DNA of 63,757 nt, the filler included, from Neophaeotheca triangularis (lineage: Eukaryota): NCBI GenBank assembly GCA_054600435.1. It is 5 parts of 5 records of this genome, joined end to end, with 100 filler letters (N's around TTAATTAATTAA, not from the genome) between each part and the next. Parts side by side here need not be neighbours in the genome. Positions count along the whole stretch, not along the records: positions 19,143 to 38,069 come from BAAIJX010000116.1; positions 38,170 to 56,299 come from BAAIJX010000117.1; 3 more parts are not named here. The stretch is one strand, 5' to 3'. Of this stretch, positions 31,211 to 46,800 are shown piece after piece. Within the stretch, counting starts at the first letter, position 1, and each line of letters starts with the position of its first letter. The position numbers and the translations under genes were made by a program. Under the pieces are notes generated by a model. The model searched no databases. It was not told the origin of the DNA and was given only the letters and a program-made list of their open reading frames with translations.

Positions 31211-33712
31211 ATGGCAGCTCCAGCAGTGGGACACCACCACCGCAGCACTACCAAGGCCGATCACAAAGCCTTCAAGGGCCGTCACGCTTCCAAGTCTGCG
31301 CTTAAAGATCGCAACAAGGGTAAAGTCGAGAGCTTCGAACGAGGGACCAGAAAGACACCGCACCAGCAAGTCATGTCGAAGATTGATCGACGGAACCAAG
31401 CAAAGCAGAGGAGGTTGAATAACCAGGCCGAGAGGGAGGAAAAGGGTGGGGTCTTTAACGGACGAGATGGTGCACCTAGGATTGTCGCAGTCATATCTTT
31501 GTGCGAAGATATTGCGCAGTCCGAGGTCTTGAAGAATCTGAACAGCAGCGTGGACGTCGAGGAAGCGCCGCCGGAAAACGGAGGAGCTTGGAGGTTGGAG
31601 ATTCCTCGCTTCAAGCAGAAAGTGCAATATCTGACTCCTCGACGCGACTTGCTTGAGTGTCTGGGTGCTTGCCGGCTCGCCGACTTTGTTCTATTTGTCA
31701 TGAGCTCGGAAGAGGAAGTGGATGACCTGGGCGAGCAGATGTTGCGGTGCATCGAGTCGCAGGGTGTCTCGACTGTGCTGACAGGTGTCGTGGGCCTTGA
31801 CAAGGTCGAGCCTGCTAAGAAGCGTCCCGATGTTGCAAAGAGCCTCAAGAGCTTCATCACACACTTTTTCGCAACGCAGGAGAAGGTCCATGATCTTAGC
31901 AGCAGGCAAGATTGCAGCAATGTTATGAGGAGTTTGTGCACTACCACGCCTAAGGGCATCAGATGGCGAGAAGACAGAAGCTGGATTTTTGTCGAGGACA
32001 TGAGATGGGAGGGACAGGATGCTATATTGACTGGTACTGTCAGAGGCAAGGGTTTGAACCCTGACAGGCTGGTGCAAGTGGGCGAATGGGGTGATTTCCA
32101 AGTTCAGAAGGTGACGGCCGCACCTCTAGCTTCGAAGAAGAAGGCTGGTAAAGTCGACGCCATGGCTGTGGATACACCCGACGACGCACAGATTCAGGAG
32201 CAGCCGACAGAGGATCAAGATGACTTGGCAGAACTTGCGCCGGAGGAGGCTACCATGGATGATGTGATGACCGCTCCGACTGCGTCTTTGGCGCCTTCAG
32301 AACGCAAAGGTGTACTCCTAGATGACCATCACTACTTTGACGACGACGATCGCGAGAAGCTCTCCATACCGAAGCGTCTCCCACGAGGAACGAGTAAATA
32401 CCAGGCAGCATGGTATCTCGGCGACGTCTCGGACTCTGGCTCAGACTTGACCGACTTCGAAGACGAGGAGGATCTTGGTATTGAGGAGCCAGCTAAGACT
32501 GGACCCGCTGACGGTGATTTCGAGGACGACGAAATGCGCGAGCCTACTGAAGCTGCCCCTTCCGAATACCCTCAGAGCGAAATGTTTGATGACCCTGCAC
32601 CGGAAGATGAAGGAGAAGACCTCATCGCCTACCGGAAACAGCGAAGGCAAGAAGCCGAAGACGATGCCGAGTTTCCAGACGAGATCGAGCTGCCACCAAA
32701 CGTTCTTGCGAGAGAACGCTTGGCAAGGTATCGTGGGCTGAAGAGTTTGCGTACGAGCCAGTGGGAAACGGAGGAAGACAAACCCTACGAACCCGTAGAG
32801 TGGACGAGACTCCTCGAGATCAGCGACTACAAATCGGCCAAGAACAAAGTCGTAAAAGAGGCCATCTACGGAGGGGTCAAACCGGGAACCAGGATCAACC
32901 TCCACATATCCATCTCTTCAGAAGACATTGCCATGATCCAGAACCTCCCCACGCCGACCTCAGCCTTCTCCCTTCTCCGCCACGAACACAAACGCACCTC
33001 CCTCAACACCTCCATCACCCTCTCTTCCGACCTCGAAGCCCCGCTCAAATCCAAAGAGCAAATGATCCTCCAATGCGGGCCCCGCCGCCTTCTCATCAAC
33101 CCTCTCTTCAGCCAAGCCGGCAACACCCCGAACAACGTGCACAAATTCGAACGCTACCTACATCCAGGCCGTACAGCAATCGCCAGCTTCATCGGCCCGA
33201 TGCTCTGGGGCAGCGTCCCATGCCTCTACTTCAAACAAACCGTCCCTGAGCCGGACCCCGTCGACGCGGTCCAAGACCTCGCCAATTCCATGGCGACCCC
33301 TTCGCTAGAACTGATCGCAACCGGCACCGTCCTTCCCCCCTCGACCTCGCGCATCATCGCCAAACGCCTTATCCTCACAGGACACCCATATAAAATCCAC
33401 AAAAAGCTCGTCACTGTCCGCTACATGTTCTTCAACGCCGAAGACGTCGAGTACTTCAAAGCACTTCAATTGTGGACGAAGCGCGGGCGCAGCGGGTTTG
33501 TCAAGGAGACTTTGGGTACGCATGGTTGTTTCAAGGCAACTTTTGATGGCAAGATTAATCCGCTCGATGCGGTGGCGGTGAGTTTGTATAAGCGGGTTTG
33601 GCCTCGGGAGGCTGTGGCTTGGAGGCCGGGGATGCAGGAGGTGGTAGAGGGGGGTGATGATGGGCAGTGGGAGGAGATGGAGGATGCGCCGCAGTTGGTG
33701 GAGGCGGAGTGA
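31211..33712 (+). CDS. TSR1: Pre-rRNA-processing / 40S biogenesis factor Tsr1
   Basis: HKAFKGRHASK, RRNQAKQ, FPDEIEL...ARERLARYRGLKSLRTS, IIAKRLILTGHPYKIHKK and LGTHG motifs. Confidence 0.97.
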   Translation: MAAPAVGHHHRSTTKADHKAFKGRHASKSALKDRNKGKVESFERGTRKTPHQQVMSKIDRRNQAKQRRLNNQAEREEKGGVFNGRDGAPRIVAVISLCEDIAQSEVLKNLNSSVDVEEAPPENGGAWRLEIPRFKQKVQYLTPRRDLLECLGACRLADFVLFVMSSEEEVDDLGEQMLRCIESQGVSTVLTGVVGLDKVEPAKKRPDVAKSLKSFITHFFATQEKVHDLSSRQDCSNVMRSLCTTTPKGIRWREDRSWIFVEDMRWEGQDAILTGTVRGKGLNPDRLVQVGEWGDFQVQKVTAAPLASKKKAGKVDAMAVDTPDDAQIQEQPTEDQDDLAELAPEEATMDDVMTAPTASLAPSERKGVLLDDHHYFDDDDREKLSIPKRLPRGTSKYQAAWYLGDVSDSGSDLTDFEDEEDLGIEEPAKTGPADGDFEDDEMREPTEAAPSEYPQSEMFDDPAPEDEGEDLIAYRKQRRQEAEDDAEFPDEIELPPNVLARERLARYRGLKSLRTSQWETEEDKPYEPVEWTRLLEISDYKSAKNKVVKEAIYGGVKPGTRINLHISISSEDIAMIQNLPTPTSAFSLLRHEHKRTSLNTSITLSSDLEAPLKSKEQMILQCGPRRLLINPLFSQAGNTPNNVHKFERYLHPGRTAIASFIGPMLWGSVPCLYFKQTVPEPDPVDAVQDLANSMATPSLELIATGTVLPPSTSRIIAKRLILTGHPYKIHKKLVTVRYMFFNAEDVEYFKALQLWTKRGRSGFVKETLGTHGCFKATFDGKINPLDAVAVSLYKRVWPREAVAWRPGMQEVVEGGDDGQWEEMEDAPQLVEAE

Positions 33713-34692
33713 ACTGTGTAAGGCGTGATTTAGAAGGGATTGACGATACTCTTAACGAACAAAATTTCATTCTGTTTACTTGACTTCTCACGCCAACTTC
33801 TCGGAGATACTCAATGGGAGCCTTGCCCGTGCGCTCATCGGTCTTGCGACGCTGTCGTCACACCCAGCCAACGATTCCTTCCCAGTCTCGTCTGCATGAC
33901 AGCCGCAATAACCAAAGCCGCTCACGCACGCTCGTCGTAAAATCGTGAAACCTCTCCCGTCTGCCGAGACGGCCGATAGGTCTGAGCCACGTCTTCTTGT
34001 CTACCGCGAGGCCAGGACGGAGGCGCTCGCTAGGTATCACGTAGGTGTAGATTTGGAATGCAAACGGGTGGTAATACACAAGGCTCGGCGCTGGCCTCTA
34101 GGGGAGCGATAACGAGTCGACTCGATAACAACCACGGATGAGTATACTGGTACTGATACAAGTTGAATTGAGAAAAGCTTTAAGGTACAGTGCTCTCTAC
34201 ACCCTCTTAGCCTTCCACGCGGGTAGCAAAAGTAATGGAAGCACGCCACTTTGCAAACTCGCCTGCAAAGCCATCACCAAGGCAGTCGAAGTGAAAGTAA
34301 ATTTGTAGCCCGCGCAACAAGCGCCGCGAAACGCCACGCTCCATCGGGATCTCTTTGCAAACCAGTAGCCCCTTGTATAGCGTACTCCTCCGCTACAACG
34401 ACAGCCAGCCATTTTGGCGAGCTTAGCTCTCCCAACTTCGTCTCTGATACGTGCCCCGTCTAGCAGCGGCGGAACGCCACATTTCCCCTGCTGGACTGGG
34501 AAGATCGTGTTCAGCCAGCTGGAGTGGAGGCTTCATGAAAGGGCCAGAGGGCACGGCGATCGAGTCGGTCCTGTCCGGGAAACTCGAAGTCGCAGAAGTG
34601 GTCCCAGCTGGCAACAAGACGCCATAGCCGCGTGCAGCTAGCCACCCATCATCAACCTCACCCGAGTCCTTCATTGGGACTTCGATCCCAGT

Positions 34693-36640
<1,948 letters not shown>

Positions 36641-36776
36641 TCACGTCACGCCGCTGGAGGTATATACCACATTGATAATCAATCAACACCTGCGGACCCC
36701 TACCATCTGCACCTGAGAACTACGGCCTCATCTCAGGACTCGGACCTCTCATACATATCTCCAGGACGCCACCATC

Positions 36777-37671
36777 ATGGCCACCCTCCGCACAACAACC
36801 CCCAGCGTCAATAGCATCTTCAGATTCGCCTCCGCCCCCGCCGCCTCACGAAGATGCACCCACTGCCTGAAAGCACAGCGCTGCCCCTTCTCCTCGTATA
36901 GGCCAGCGCGTGCCGCTCAAAATAACACGGGAAAACGACCCCTCACAACCGACACTTCCTACCGCCCCTACACTCTCCAAACGGACATGCCTCCACCTCG
37001 AAACAGCGGAACACCCGACACAAGCATCACCGAGGTAGACCAACAAGTCTGGCCACCAAGTACCCCGTGGCAATCCAAAGACAAAGAGCAGACACAAACA
37101 GCCAACAAGAGTGTCCGTGAGGGCGAAGCGCAGAAGAGTGAAGAGACCCCGCAACAGCACTCTCAACCGGCCTCCAGCGTCGCGCCACCTCAACCCTCTC
37201 CTTCAACCCAACAAGCAGCCCCTTCGCAACAACAAACCGCGGCGCCGAAGAAGAAATCTAAACTCCGCCCTCGCAAAGCGCCCATCTCCCTGACTCCGAA
37301 AGCCGTCACCCAACTCCGCGACCTGTTCGAGTCACCTCAGTCCCAACTCATCCGCATCGGCGTTAAAAACCGCGGCTGCAGCGGGTTGGCTTACCATCTC
37401 GAATATGTTGACAAAGCCGGGTCCTTCGACGAGAGCGTGGAGCAAGACGGGGTCAAGGTTCTCATCGATTCAAAAGCGCTGTTCAGTATTATTGGCAGCG
37501 AGATGGACTGGATCGAGGACAAGCTTTCCGCGAGGTTCGTGTTCCGGAACCCGAATATCAGTAAGTTTTACCCTTACATCCTTGTTGACGCGATGATGGG
37601 TGGTCGTGCTGATGATGGTGTGTTTGACAGCCGAGCAATGCGGCTGTGGCGAGAGTTTCAGCATTTCGTAA
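36777..37671 (+). CDS. ISA1: Mitochondrial Fe-S cluster assembly protein Isa1
   Basis: IGVKNRGCSGLAYHLEY; intron 37561-37630 restores the C-terminal EQCGCGESFSIS*. Confidence 0.96.
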
Positions 37672-38012
37672 AGCAACCGAGCGAGCGAGCATTGGGATCA
37701 GTTAAAGGCAAGGCAGGGCATGACAGCATCGAGCGAATTGTATCAAACCGAACAGAATTAGGACACGGTCAGTCGTTCTAGCGTACAAACAACTTCAAAA
37801 TGCAACGAAAAAGGAAACGCCAGACCACCGTATCACCTCCCTCCAAGCTACCAAACCAAACTCACCCAAATCCCACCCAAACATCCCCTTCATACTGCAA
37901 CAACCTTCCATAATCCAGGCAGACCTCTCATCATTTCCACTCAACTACTTTTAAACCCCCTTATCCGGATGCCAAACCAAAAGCCCACCCCCCCCCCCCC
38001 CCCCGGCCCCCC

Positions 38013-38051
<39 letters not shown>

Positions 38052-38069
38052 CCCCCCCCCCCCCCCCGG

Positions 38070-38169
38070 NNNNNNNNNNNNNNNNNNNNNNNNNNNNNNN
38101 NNNNNNNNNNNNNTTAATTAATTAANNNNNNNNNNNNNNNNNNNNNNNNNNNNNNNNNNNNNNNNNNNN
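38070..38169. other. Artificial scaffold spacer
   Basis: N44-TTAATTAATTAA-N44. Confidence 0.99.
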
Positions 38170-38296
38170 CCCTTCAGCCGCTAACTCCCGACCTAGCACG
38201 CCTGTTAACGGCGCAAGCACTTCCAACCCCTCCTCACCAACCACAGCCAAACAAACTCAAGCCTCTCGCTCCTCAGCCGCCCAAGAAGCCAACCCC

Positions 38297-38327
<31 letters not shown>

Positions 38328-39332
38328 AAAAAAAAAAAAAAAAAGCCAATCTCACAACTCCCTTACCAAAACCCAACCCAAACCACCTCAAACTCGCGCA
38401 TCGTCGCTAATACGCTACGAAACATCTGCACCACAGCAACCTAAAATAAACATTCCACAACCACCCAAAAGAAAGGAAAGCTATCGAAACCGCTCCAAGG
38501 AAACCAACTAACCGACTATCCTGGCTTTGTTGTTCTCCCAGCCGGTGTTGACTAGACAAACCCGTTGTGATCGTCTTCAACAAAAACAAAACCAAACGAC
38601 CAAGAGAAATCCCACAGCTCTGTGGGTATTCTTGCAGGGGGTTACATTACATGCGTGGCTCGATAATCTCTTTCTTCTTCCTTCTTAAAAGCCTAATAGT
38701 CTTGCGCTGGAAGCGGTTTCGACGCGGTAAAGATGCGCCGGGGGGGAAATATTAGTCGGGACGACAGATGGGGGATGGTGTTTTATCTCTGTAGAGTTCG
38801 CATGACATGGTAGTGGTACATGCGTGGGAGTCGAGGGAGGGTTATTGATATCTATCCCACGATGAAGGTGTGTTGGCCGGCAAGGAGACGGGCAATAGCA
38901 GTATCGAGGGTTGTGGTAGAATTAGGCAACAATACTACTGTGCCTGGTTGGATTGGTTGGAGATGAGAGAGTAAGCCTCTTCTATAGCAAGCAGTACTGC
39001 AGTGGCAGTATCGACCATGGGTATAATAGCATTCTTGACTGCTGACAGCCAGACCAGGCTTTGCAACGTTCGAGGTATCATCGATTGTCTGTCTACAATA
39101 CAGCTACATACATTTGGCCATGTCATTGCTATCCGACCATGTCAATGGTCTACGCCGTGATGGATTTGATACTTGAGCGCCGAGCCCCCAAAACGTACCG
39201 TATTCAAACGCAGACACCGATCTCAATGGAGTAAACCCAGCCGGCAATCACCCTTCCCTTCTCGAAGCTCCTCCTCGCCTTCCAAGCCAGATTCGAACCT
39301 CTTTAAGCTCCCTTATACCCAAGAAAAACAAC

Positions 39333-42300
39333 TCACATCCAAGGCGAAACCCACCCCCCCCCACTATCCTCAACCCCAGCACCCTCCCTATCCTCCTCCC
39401 ACTTCCAACCCCTCAAAGTCTCAACCCCGACACTACGCTTATTCCGCAAAGCCTCGCGACGCAAACGTTCAGAACGGCCACCGGCCAAAGGTCCAACAAC
39501 CCCTTCTTCATCCCCATCAAGCGGGGCGCTCGACTCTGTCGGCCTGGCCGTGAAGCGAGACGATGCGTTGTTGAGTTTTGAAATCTCGAGCGAGAGGTTG
39601 AGCAATTGCTCCGAGATGGGTTGCGAGGTGCGGCGCATATGGTGCCAGATTTGGCGGGCGGAGTCGGTCGTGTCGCTGCTTTCGTGCTCGTTTGCGGTGA
39701 TAGTAGGGGTTGCGTTGGTGGTTTCGCTGGTAAAGCCAGTTGCGACGGGGATTTTTGTAATGTCGGATTTAATGTCGTCAGAGGTCGTCGTCGCTGGGAG
39801 CGGCGCAAATGAATTTGGAGTCAGCGATTTTGCTGGCGCTACTCCCGGGACTGACGATGTTGGGAGATTGTAGGACGCATCCCTGGAGGTCGCGAGTCGA
39901 GCTTTGCCTGCATCCCCAAGTGGCATGCAAGGCGCTGTGCTGAAATTGTCTTCGTTATCAGTCACCCGCTCGGCCTGCAAGGTGTTCGTGATGCTAGAGG
40001 AGGAACCCGATGGGAAAGATAGGTCGGTGACGGTGAGTAAGGGAGCAGAGCCTGAGGTGCTTTCCCGCTGGTCATTGGAAGATTCCGTTACGGAGCTTCC
40101 TTCCTGCTGCCTTTCGCACCACTGCGATTCTTCGATAAGCGCACTGCGTATGCGCTCCAGCGTATGGTTGCCAGAGCCTCGGCAGCCACGCGTATATTTA
40201 TCGAAGTACCTAGACGCCTCACCTGGAGCGTGATTTGCCGCAACATGAGCAGCCAGCTTTTCATACACCTCAGCCCGACGCTGTTCCACGTCGTTGCCAC
40301 TTCCTTCCAAGAGCGAAGGCACGCTCCACCTCGATGAGACATCTGGACGCTTCAGGACACAATTCTTACGAATGGTGATTGTATGGTTTGCAGGCAAGAG
40401 TGATTGCTTATACCGGGCTTCGACTTGCAGGATGTCAGTCTCGAGGGTGCCGATCAGGCTCTCCAGCTCCATGAAAAGAGAATCCTGTCTGCCCTGGTCG
40501 TTGACGTTGGCATCGGGTGGTGGTGCTAGACGAGAGCTCTCCAAAGCCGGGACGGACAGCTTGATGCAGAGGCAAGTGGATTGGCCTGGCCGAAGGTCTT
40601 TGAATGTTTTGTCGCCTAGTACTTCTAGAATACGGGAACCTGCGTTTGTCTTGATACCGAGCTTGAGCGTAGAGATGGACCCAGCGACTACGGCAGAGCG
40701 AATAGAGGTGACCATATCGTGCATTTTGGATCGCAAAGTTAAATCGCTACTTGCAAGCGGGTTCGCAAGAATCTGCCACGTGCTGGCAGGGGATGGCGAT
40801 TGACCAGCAAGTGTTCCGCTAGGTCGAATGATGATTTCATTGACCGGCCATGGGACCAAGTGCCGTAAATGGCGTGCCGCTTGCGAAGATACATCTCCCA
40901 AGAAGAATGCGTGAGCTGCTTTCGGTCTTATGTTCTGCGAATCGAGCTCGTCGACCATGGCTTTCAGCCGAGCCTCGAGGTCAGCATCAGCCCAATCGCT
41001 CCTTTTGCGAGCCAGTGTTACATCATCCAGAAGACGGCGCACGCCATTGACATCCGGCGAACTCAGCTCCACCATCAAGCCCGACTCATCAGTCGTCGAA
41101 TCCTCGGTGCCAGTTTCATAACACCCGCCATCCAAGATCGCAACGGCAACTCTGTCGAGATCATCTGCCAGCGTGCCAACCAAAGCAATCGCGCTCTCAC
41201 AGACAGCGCGCAGCGACTGCGGCGAAAGGTTGATCACATCGAGTACCAGAACTGCATCGATACTCCTATCGCCGCTGTCCGCAGTCTTCAGAGCGTGAGT
41301 TCCGTTCCCGTCCACGCTCCTTAGCCGTACAGTAGCCTCAGCAAGGACCCAGTCCTCGCCCTTCATGCCGACGTCTAGAGAGTCCGTGTCGGCAAAGCAT
41401 CGGAGATCGATATACGGCATGTGTAGCTGCTTTGATGACGCTGCGTTGCTCGCGGCAAACGTATTCGTTTTGTCGATTGGACGTGGCGTCCTTCCCGGCG
41501 ACATTGCAGAAGGGTCCTCAGCAGCTGCGACACCGTTGGCAGTGCCGTCGCAACTGACGGAAGCCGACAAGCCTGCAGACGAGCTCGGGAGCTCGCTTTC
41601 CAACCCGAGAGACGACAGACTTCGATCCCAGAGCTCGCTGGTGGAGTTCGTCGTGACCGTGCAAGAGCGTTGCGAGAGTGAAGTATCGACTGGCGCACCC
41701 TCGAGCCCTTTCGTGTCGTATTCGTGGGCGAGGTATCGGCGGCCAAAGTCTAAACTACCGCCTCGCTTGTCGTGGTGAGCGTCTGAGGACGTCTTTCGCT
41801 TGCCCGAAATGGTGCGTGCCAGTCCTGTTTCACTCTCTACCGGTCTGATGGAGCGAGATGCTTTTGAGCGGTTGGAGATGCCTTCCCGTACTCTTGACAG
41901 CATTCTGCGGCTTACTGACTTGTGACGCTGCATCTTGCTCATGGGCTGGGGAGGCGGAGACGGCGAGCGCGGTGGATCTAGAGGCAGAGACTTGTGGATG
42001 TTCAGGGTCGATTGTGAAGGTTGGGACGGTAAATTGTTGGTACTTGAGCCAACTGCATCGCTGTGTATGTCTTCCATTGTCTGAGGCAAGCCAACGATCG
42101 ATGGTGCCATATCTTGCGAGACAGCTTGCACATGGTCGTGATGGCATGGGCCGTGGTGAACGCATGGCGGTGGTATTTCAGGATAGACATAACTTTGACG
42201 AAGATTATCTCGAGTCTTGCGGACTTTGAGCGGTGTGTCGGGCCTTCTACAGGCAGAGTGATCGCGCTGTTGGTTCAGCATAGGCTTGTTGCTCGGTGAG

Positions 42301-42537
42301 AGTTTGTTGCTGGGAGACAGTATCTTCAGGGGCGGAGATGCGAAGCCAGGAGACTGCCATCCTTTCATTCCCAAGGATGAAGTTCCCGTTGTCTGCCATG
42401 GTGGCGTGTATTGATCGTCGGCTTGCCTTTGCTCCGGGCGGTTGGGAGTTGGGGGATATACGTTCTGTCTACTTTCAGCGCTATGAAGGCAAGCAAACCA
42501 TGGGTAGAGAGTATCTTACCTCTTTGTGATTCGCCAT
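39333..42537 (-). CDS. Large hypothetical protein with a central degenerate vWA-like region
   Basis: 1013-aa open frame, extendable by an 18-nt exon 42520-42537 and intron 42465-42519 (MANHKE|NVYPPTP). Central DAVLVLDV...DDLDRVAVAIL alpha/beta pattern. Start is inferred. Confidence 0.7.
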
Positions 42538-42721
42538 ACGGACAGCCTGCTCACAACTTCCAAGCTTCGTGTTGCAGCATGACCGGATGGCTTGCAACAG
42601 AATTGATAGCTCTGTTCGAGTGCCCTGCTCTGTTCGACCTGAAGTGCAACTGCGATGCTATATTCGCAGGGAAGAGCCATCACGAGCAGTCAACCTTCCC
42701 AGCTTCAGCGTAGACAAAACT

Positions 42722-43814
42722 TCAGGAAGCGACACTCTCGCTAACCGAACGCAGAGCACTCTTCAAACTCTCGTCGTCACCCTGGGCATTCGAAAAACCA
42801 ATCTTAAAAGGCACAATCAGCACCAAGCCCTCAACTCATGATAGAGATAAGAAATCCAACTTACCACATCATCACTGTCCCTCCCATAAAGAGCAGCATC
42901 CGCAATACTAGCCTGCACGCTCCTCCTGACCCTACTCTCCCACACACCCTGCCAATTCCACTCCCCAGGCGCGCGAGCACCGCCCGGCTGCTGCTGAGAC
43001 GAAGAAGGAGCGGGAGACCCAGCGCCGCGGTCCGGACTCATAGTCTCGGTAACCCGCCTGGCGCCAGCATTGCCCGTAGCAGGCGAAGCAGCACTATCGT
43101 CACGCGCCGCGCTCTTCGCCCTGAAGCTCTTCCAAGCATGCCAGGCGCCCGTGTCCGCCGCCGCCTCTAGCGGGATGGAATCGAGCACCGCCTCGGTGTC
43201 GAAGACGACTCGCAAGTACTGCAGCACTTCTACAATGTGAGGGCACCCACTCGTCCTACTACCGGTATCCCCGCTCTCTTCCGCCTCGTCCGTGGCAAAC
43301 CATTCTGGAAAGCCATGTCTCAGACTCAGTCCACCGGGGGGCAGTCTCTGGTCATCGGTAGCGCTAACGGTGTCGGCGCCGGCGTAGTCGCGCGTGGTGT
43401 ACGTGTATGTCGTCAGCGGTGTCACGAGCGGGTGGAAAGTATCGCTATCGAGGCTGAGGACTGGTGGACGTTGGGGGTAGCTGGTGGGGAAGCTCAGGTG
43501 GAAGCGGAGGATGGCGTTGGCGTAGGGTCCTACAATGGCGTGGTGGAAAGGTCAATGGAGGATTGCTGGAGGCCTTGGGGTGAGGGGTTGGAGGGTACCT
43601 TTGCGGACAAAGAGGATGCCGGTCCAGGTTCTGGGATTGGAGGGCACAGGTGCAACATATACGCCTTGAGGGAGGGCGTTCTTGAGGCTAGCGCTGTGGC
43701 GGTGTGAGTTTGGGCTGTTGGAATGAGTTTTGCTGAGGCAAAGGGTACACACAAGTCGACGCTGAGCTTCTCACGCAGGAATGGAGTGGTATGGAGTGGC
43801 ATGTTCGCTGCCAT
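42722..43814 (-). CDS. FTS/AKTIP-like ubiquitin-conjugating enzyme variant (4 exons)
   Basis: Introns 43694-43752, 43530-43598 and 42803-42864 give LPQGVYVAP...WTGILFVRKGPYANAILRFHLSFPTSYPQRPP...FHPLV; no catalytic Cys after FHP. Confidence 0.85.
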
Positions 43815-46800
43815 CTTGTATTGGGTGTACTACATGCTGAGGCGTTGTCCAGCTGCAATGGATGTGAAGCTTGGGTGAAGGGAGGGGACTCAGGTATGGC
43901 TAGCGCGGGGCCTGACTGTGACTTAGTAGAATTTACATATGTATTACTGCTACTGATGCACGCCCAGCTACATAGAGACACACCGCAGAGGGCAAACAGG
44001 TTCGATTGAGCGAACTGCATGCTGCATTGCTCTGGTCGTATACGGTTTTGATATTGACTCAGTCACCGACAGAGCCAACCTCGTATCGTAGACTCGTCGT
44101 CCTGCATACCTGTCATCGCTTCGAGCATGCGTAACACGACCAACTAATTCTACCAGCGTCTACCAGAAATCACACGACATGTCGATTTCCCAACTCCAGG
44201 TCTGCCCGTATAGACTCACTTTTGAACCGGGCAAACTGCACTCGAAAACTCTCACTTCAGTAGAAGCAATAAACCTTCCACACCGCCATTGAGCAGAAGA
44301 TGGAGAAAAAAAGGTTGTCTGACCGCCTACTTGCTGTTCTGTGTGACCTTGATGCTCACCGCGAAACGAACCACAACAGATGCACCTGACAAGCCGATTG
44401 GGAAATACCCAAGTTCACACCTACCATATCCCCGGTATCGATCTGCTCACCGCATCCTCTGTGGACCGTCTCATTCGGGCCCGATTGACAGGTCGAGCGA
44501 AGCGCGCGTCTGTTTTACGACATGAAACTAGCGCTGGCAGTTTCTGCTTCCGCTCGTCGTGGCTGCAGAATGCCTTGGCCGTTGGCTGTTGGCGGTTGGA
44601 AGGGGTGTTGTTGGAGTCGCGGTCCGAGTCTCCCTGCCTACCTGCAGTACCTACATTCCCTCTGGTGCTACCCGACTTTGCGCGCTTGGATCTTCAGTCA
44701 TTGTATCACGTCGGCTATTGCGATTTGCTTGCTGTAGTCGGTGTGGGAACCGTGGACCAGGTGCAGAGGTCCGATCGGTAGATTGGTTGCTTTTGACGGT
44801 GAGAATGCGTTTGCAACATTTCGCGCGTGATCGATCAGCTCTCCATGGTGCGGTAGTTGGTGAAGAATGCATGAGATGAACCTTGGTCATCTACGTATGC
44901 AAGGGTGTCGAAGGAGAAATGTAAACACGAAGAATATTGACGAGACCTGACGAGCACACGCGCATGCCATGGGTCGTTGGCCTTTTGTCAAGTCGCAACT
45001 CTTCACCCCATGTTTGCACCCGCCGTGCAGGCGACATATTCCGGTTACCAGTCTTTGCGCGCTAGGCCAGTGATGTCCAAACTCAACGGTCTGCAGCACA
45101 TTCGGCTGTGCATCGTCCGGGGACGTTCGGAGACGACCACAACTCACAAGACCATGTCGGTGACTGTAGGTACCTGTGTCGAGTTCCCTCACAGCTGCAG
45201 CTAGCCAACGAAAAGTGCCATTCACATTCCCCTCTCCAACTTGGCGCATACAGGTGTACATTCCTTCGTGACAGCCCGGGGCATGATCACGAGCCGGCAA
45301 GCCGGTACTTGGAAAACGGTCAAGACGGCACTACTTGGGTCTCGGCTGATATGATTTCGGTCGGGTGAGTACGATGGCATTATTTTTCCTCGCAGCTTCC
45401 ATGGGCTTTCGCGAAGACGCACGGATTCGGGCGCGGTCGTCACATGGAGATTAAATCACTGCGATGGCGAAACGACTGCAGCGCGAAAAGGGGCTCGACG
45501 TTGGTCGTTGGAACAGAACAGGGGAAGCGGCTTTTAGACTTTAATGGTGCCCTTTCTTCGACGAACATTCGAAACACGCACTAAAAAAGCGTTAGTGATG
45601 CTGGGATGGCGGCCGGGGAGTTCAGAGTCGCCGAATCATCAGACGGCTTGCCCTGAGCTCCTACCCCTGCTGCCCTGCAACGCGAGAGGGAAGGTTTTTA
45701 GTCCCATCGCTCTTGCATTGGTACGGTTGTTTCGCGTGGCAACCTTGTTCGGCATGGCTTACGCGACTCAGCAATCGGATTCGTCCGCTTCGGCGGAAGA
45801 CTGCCGGTTCGTGGTTCGGGGCTGGGTAATGGTAACAAGTCAACAACCTCTCTTTCTTTCAAGTGGACGTCTGTTGACTTGTGTTCCGATCATCACGGCT
45901 CTGTGTAGTGTTGAGCCGCAAAAATGTTGATTTGCATGCCGTAGTCGAGAATGCGGTGACGCGTAAATACTAAATAGACCTCGCCTAATGAGGACTGAAG
46001 GTACGCGGCTGGCTAGTTAATAAGCTCCGAGTGTAGAAGCGCGGGAAAAAAGTCAGACAGACTACTGTTGCGGTAGTGAAAGTGTGAAAGAAAGTCTTGG
46101 ACAGACGATGGCGGTAGAGGACCGAGCCTCCGAAAAAAGAAGAGACTAGAGTTGTGAGTAGTGATCAGCAGAAAAGCCAGTAGACTGCAGTGCAGAACAG
46201 ACCTACACAGAACAAAGGTCGGCATGGTTCGCCGACTCTTCTGTAACGTGTACCGGGCAGAAGCTTCCTTGTACCCTTGCATTGTCTAATGATTATTACT
46301 GTTGATCGAGCCATGTCGCTCTCACCGCCACCCTCGACTGAGCTACCCCTGTACGGCATCAAATGTTGGTGACGATTGGGTCGCTGGCTGGATGCTGACT
46401 GTGACGTGTTTGGTGACTCCCGTCTTTCTCGCACACACAACCCGACTAAGCTTGCACCTTAGAGAAGTGGTTTTTGCCAAGGTGTCTTCAAGTCCACGTT
46501 GCAAGGCGACATCTAGTAGTAATAGGTGGTACTTAGTATGCCAGGTGATGATGACTCTATGAGCTGGCAAGAATGGGACGTGGACCAACAACACCCATGG
46601 CATGGATTGATGACAAGCATGAGTCCTGACGAAACTCGGGCAGACTTGTCCTTTCTATTTCCAACTCATTGCGGGGGCAGCCTCCGTTGCGTTTTTTGAA
46701 TGGGACGACAACCATGGTCAAAACGGTAACTTAAAAATGACTTTGAATTATACCCGTGGGCCAGTACTAGTAGACTAGTCGTAGTCCTAGACATGGTGAC

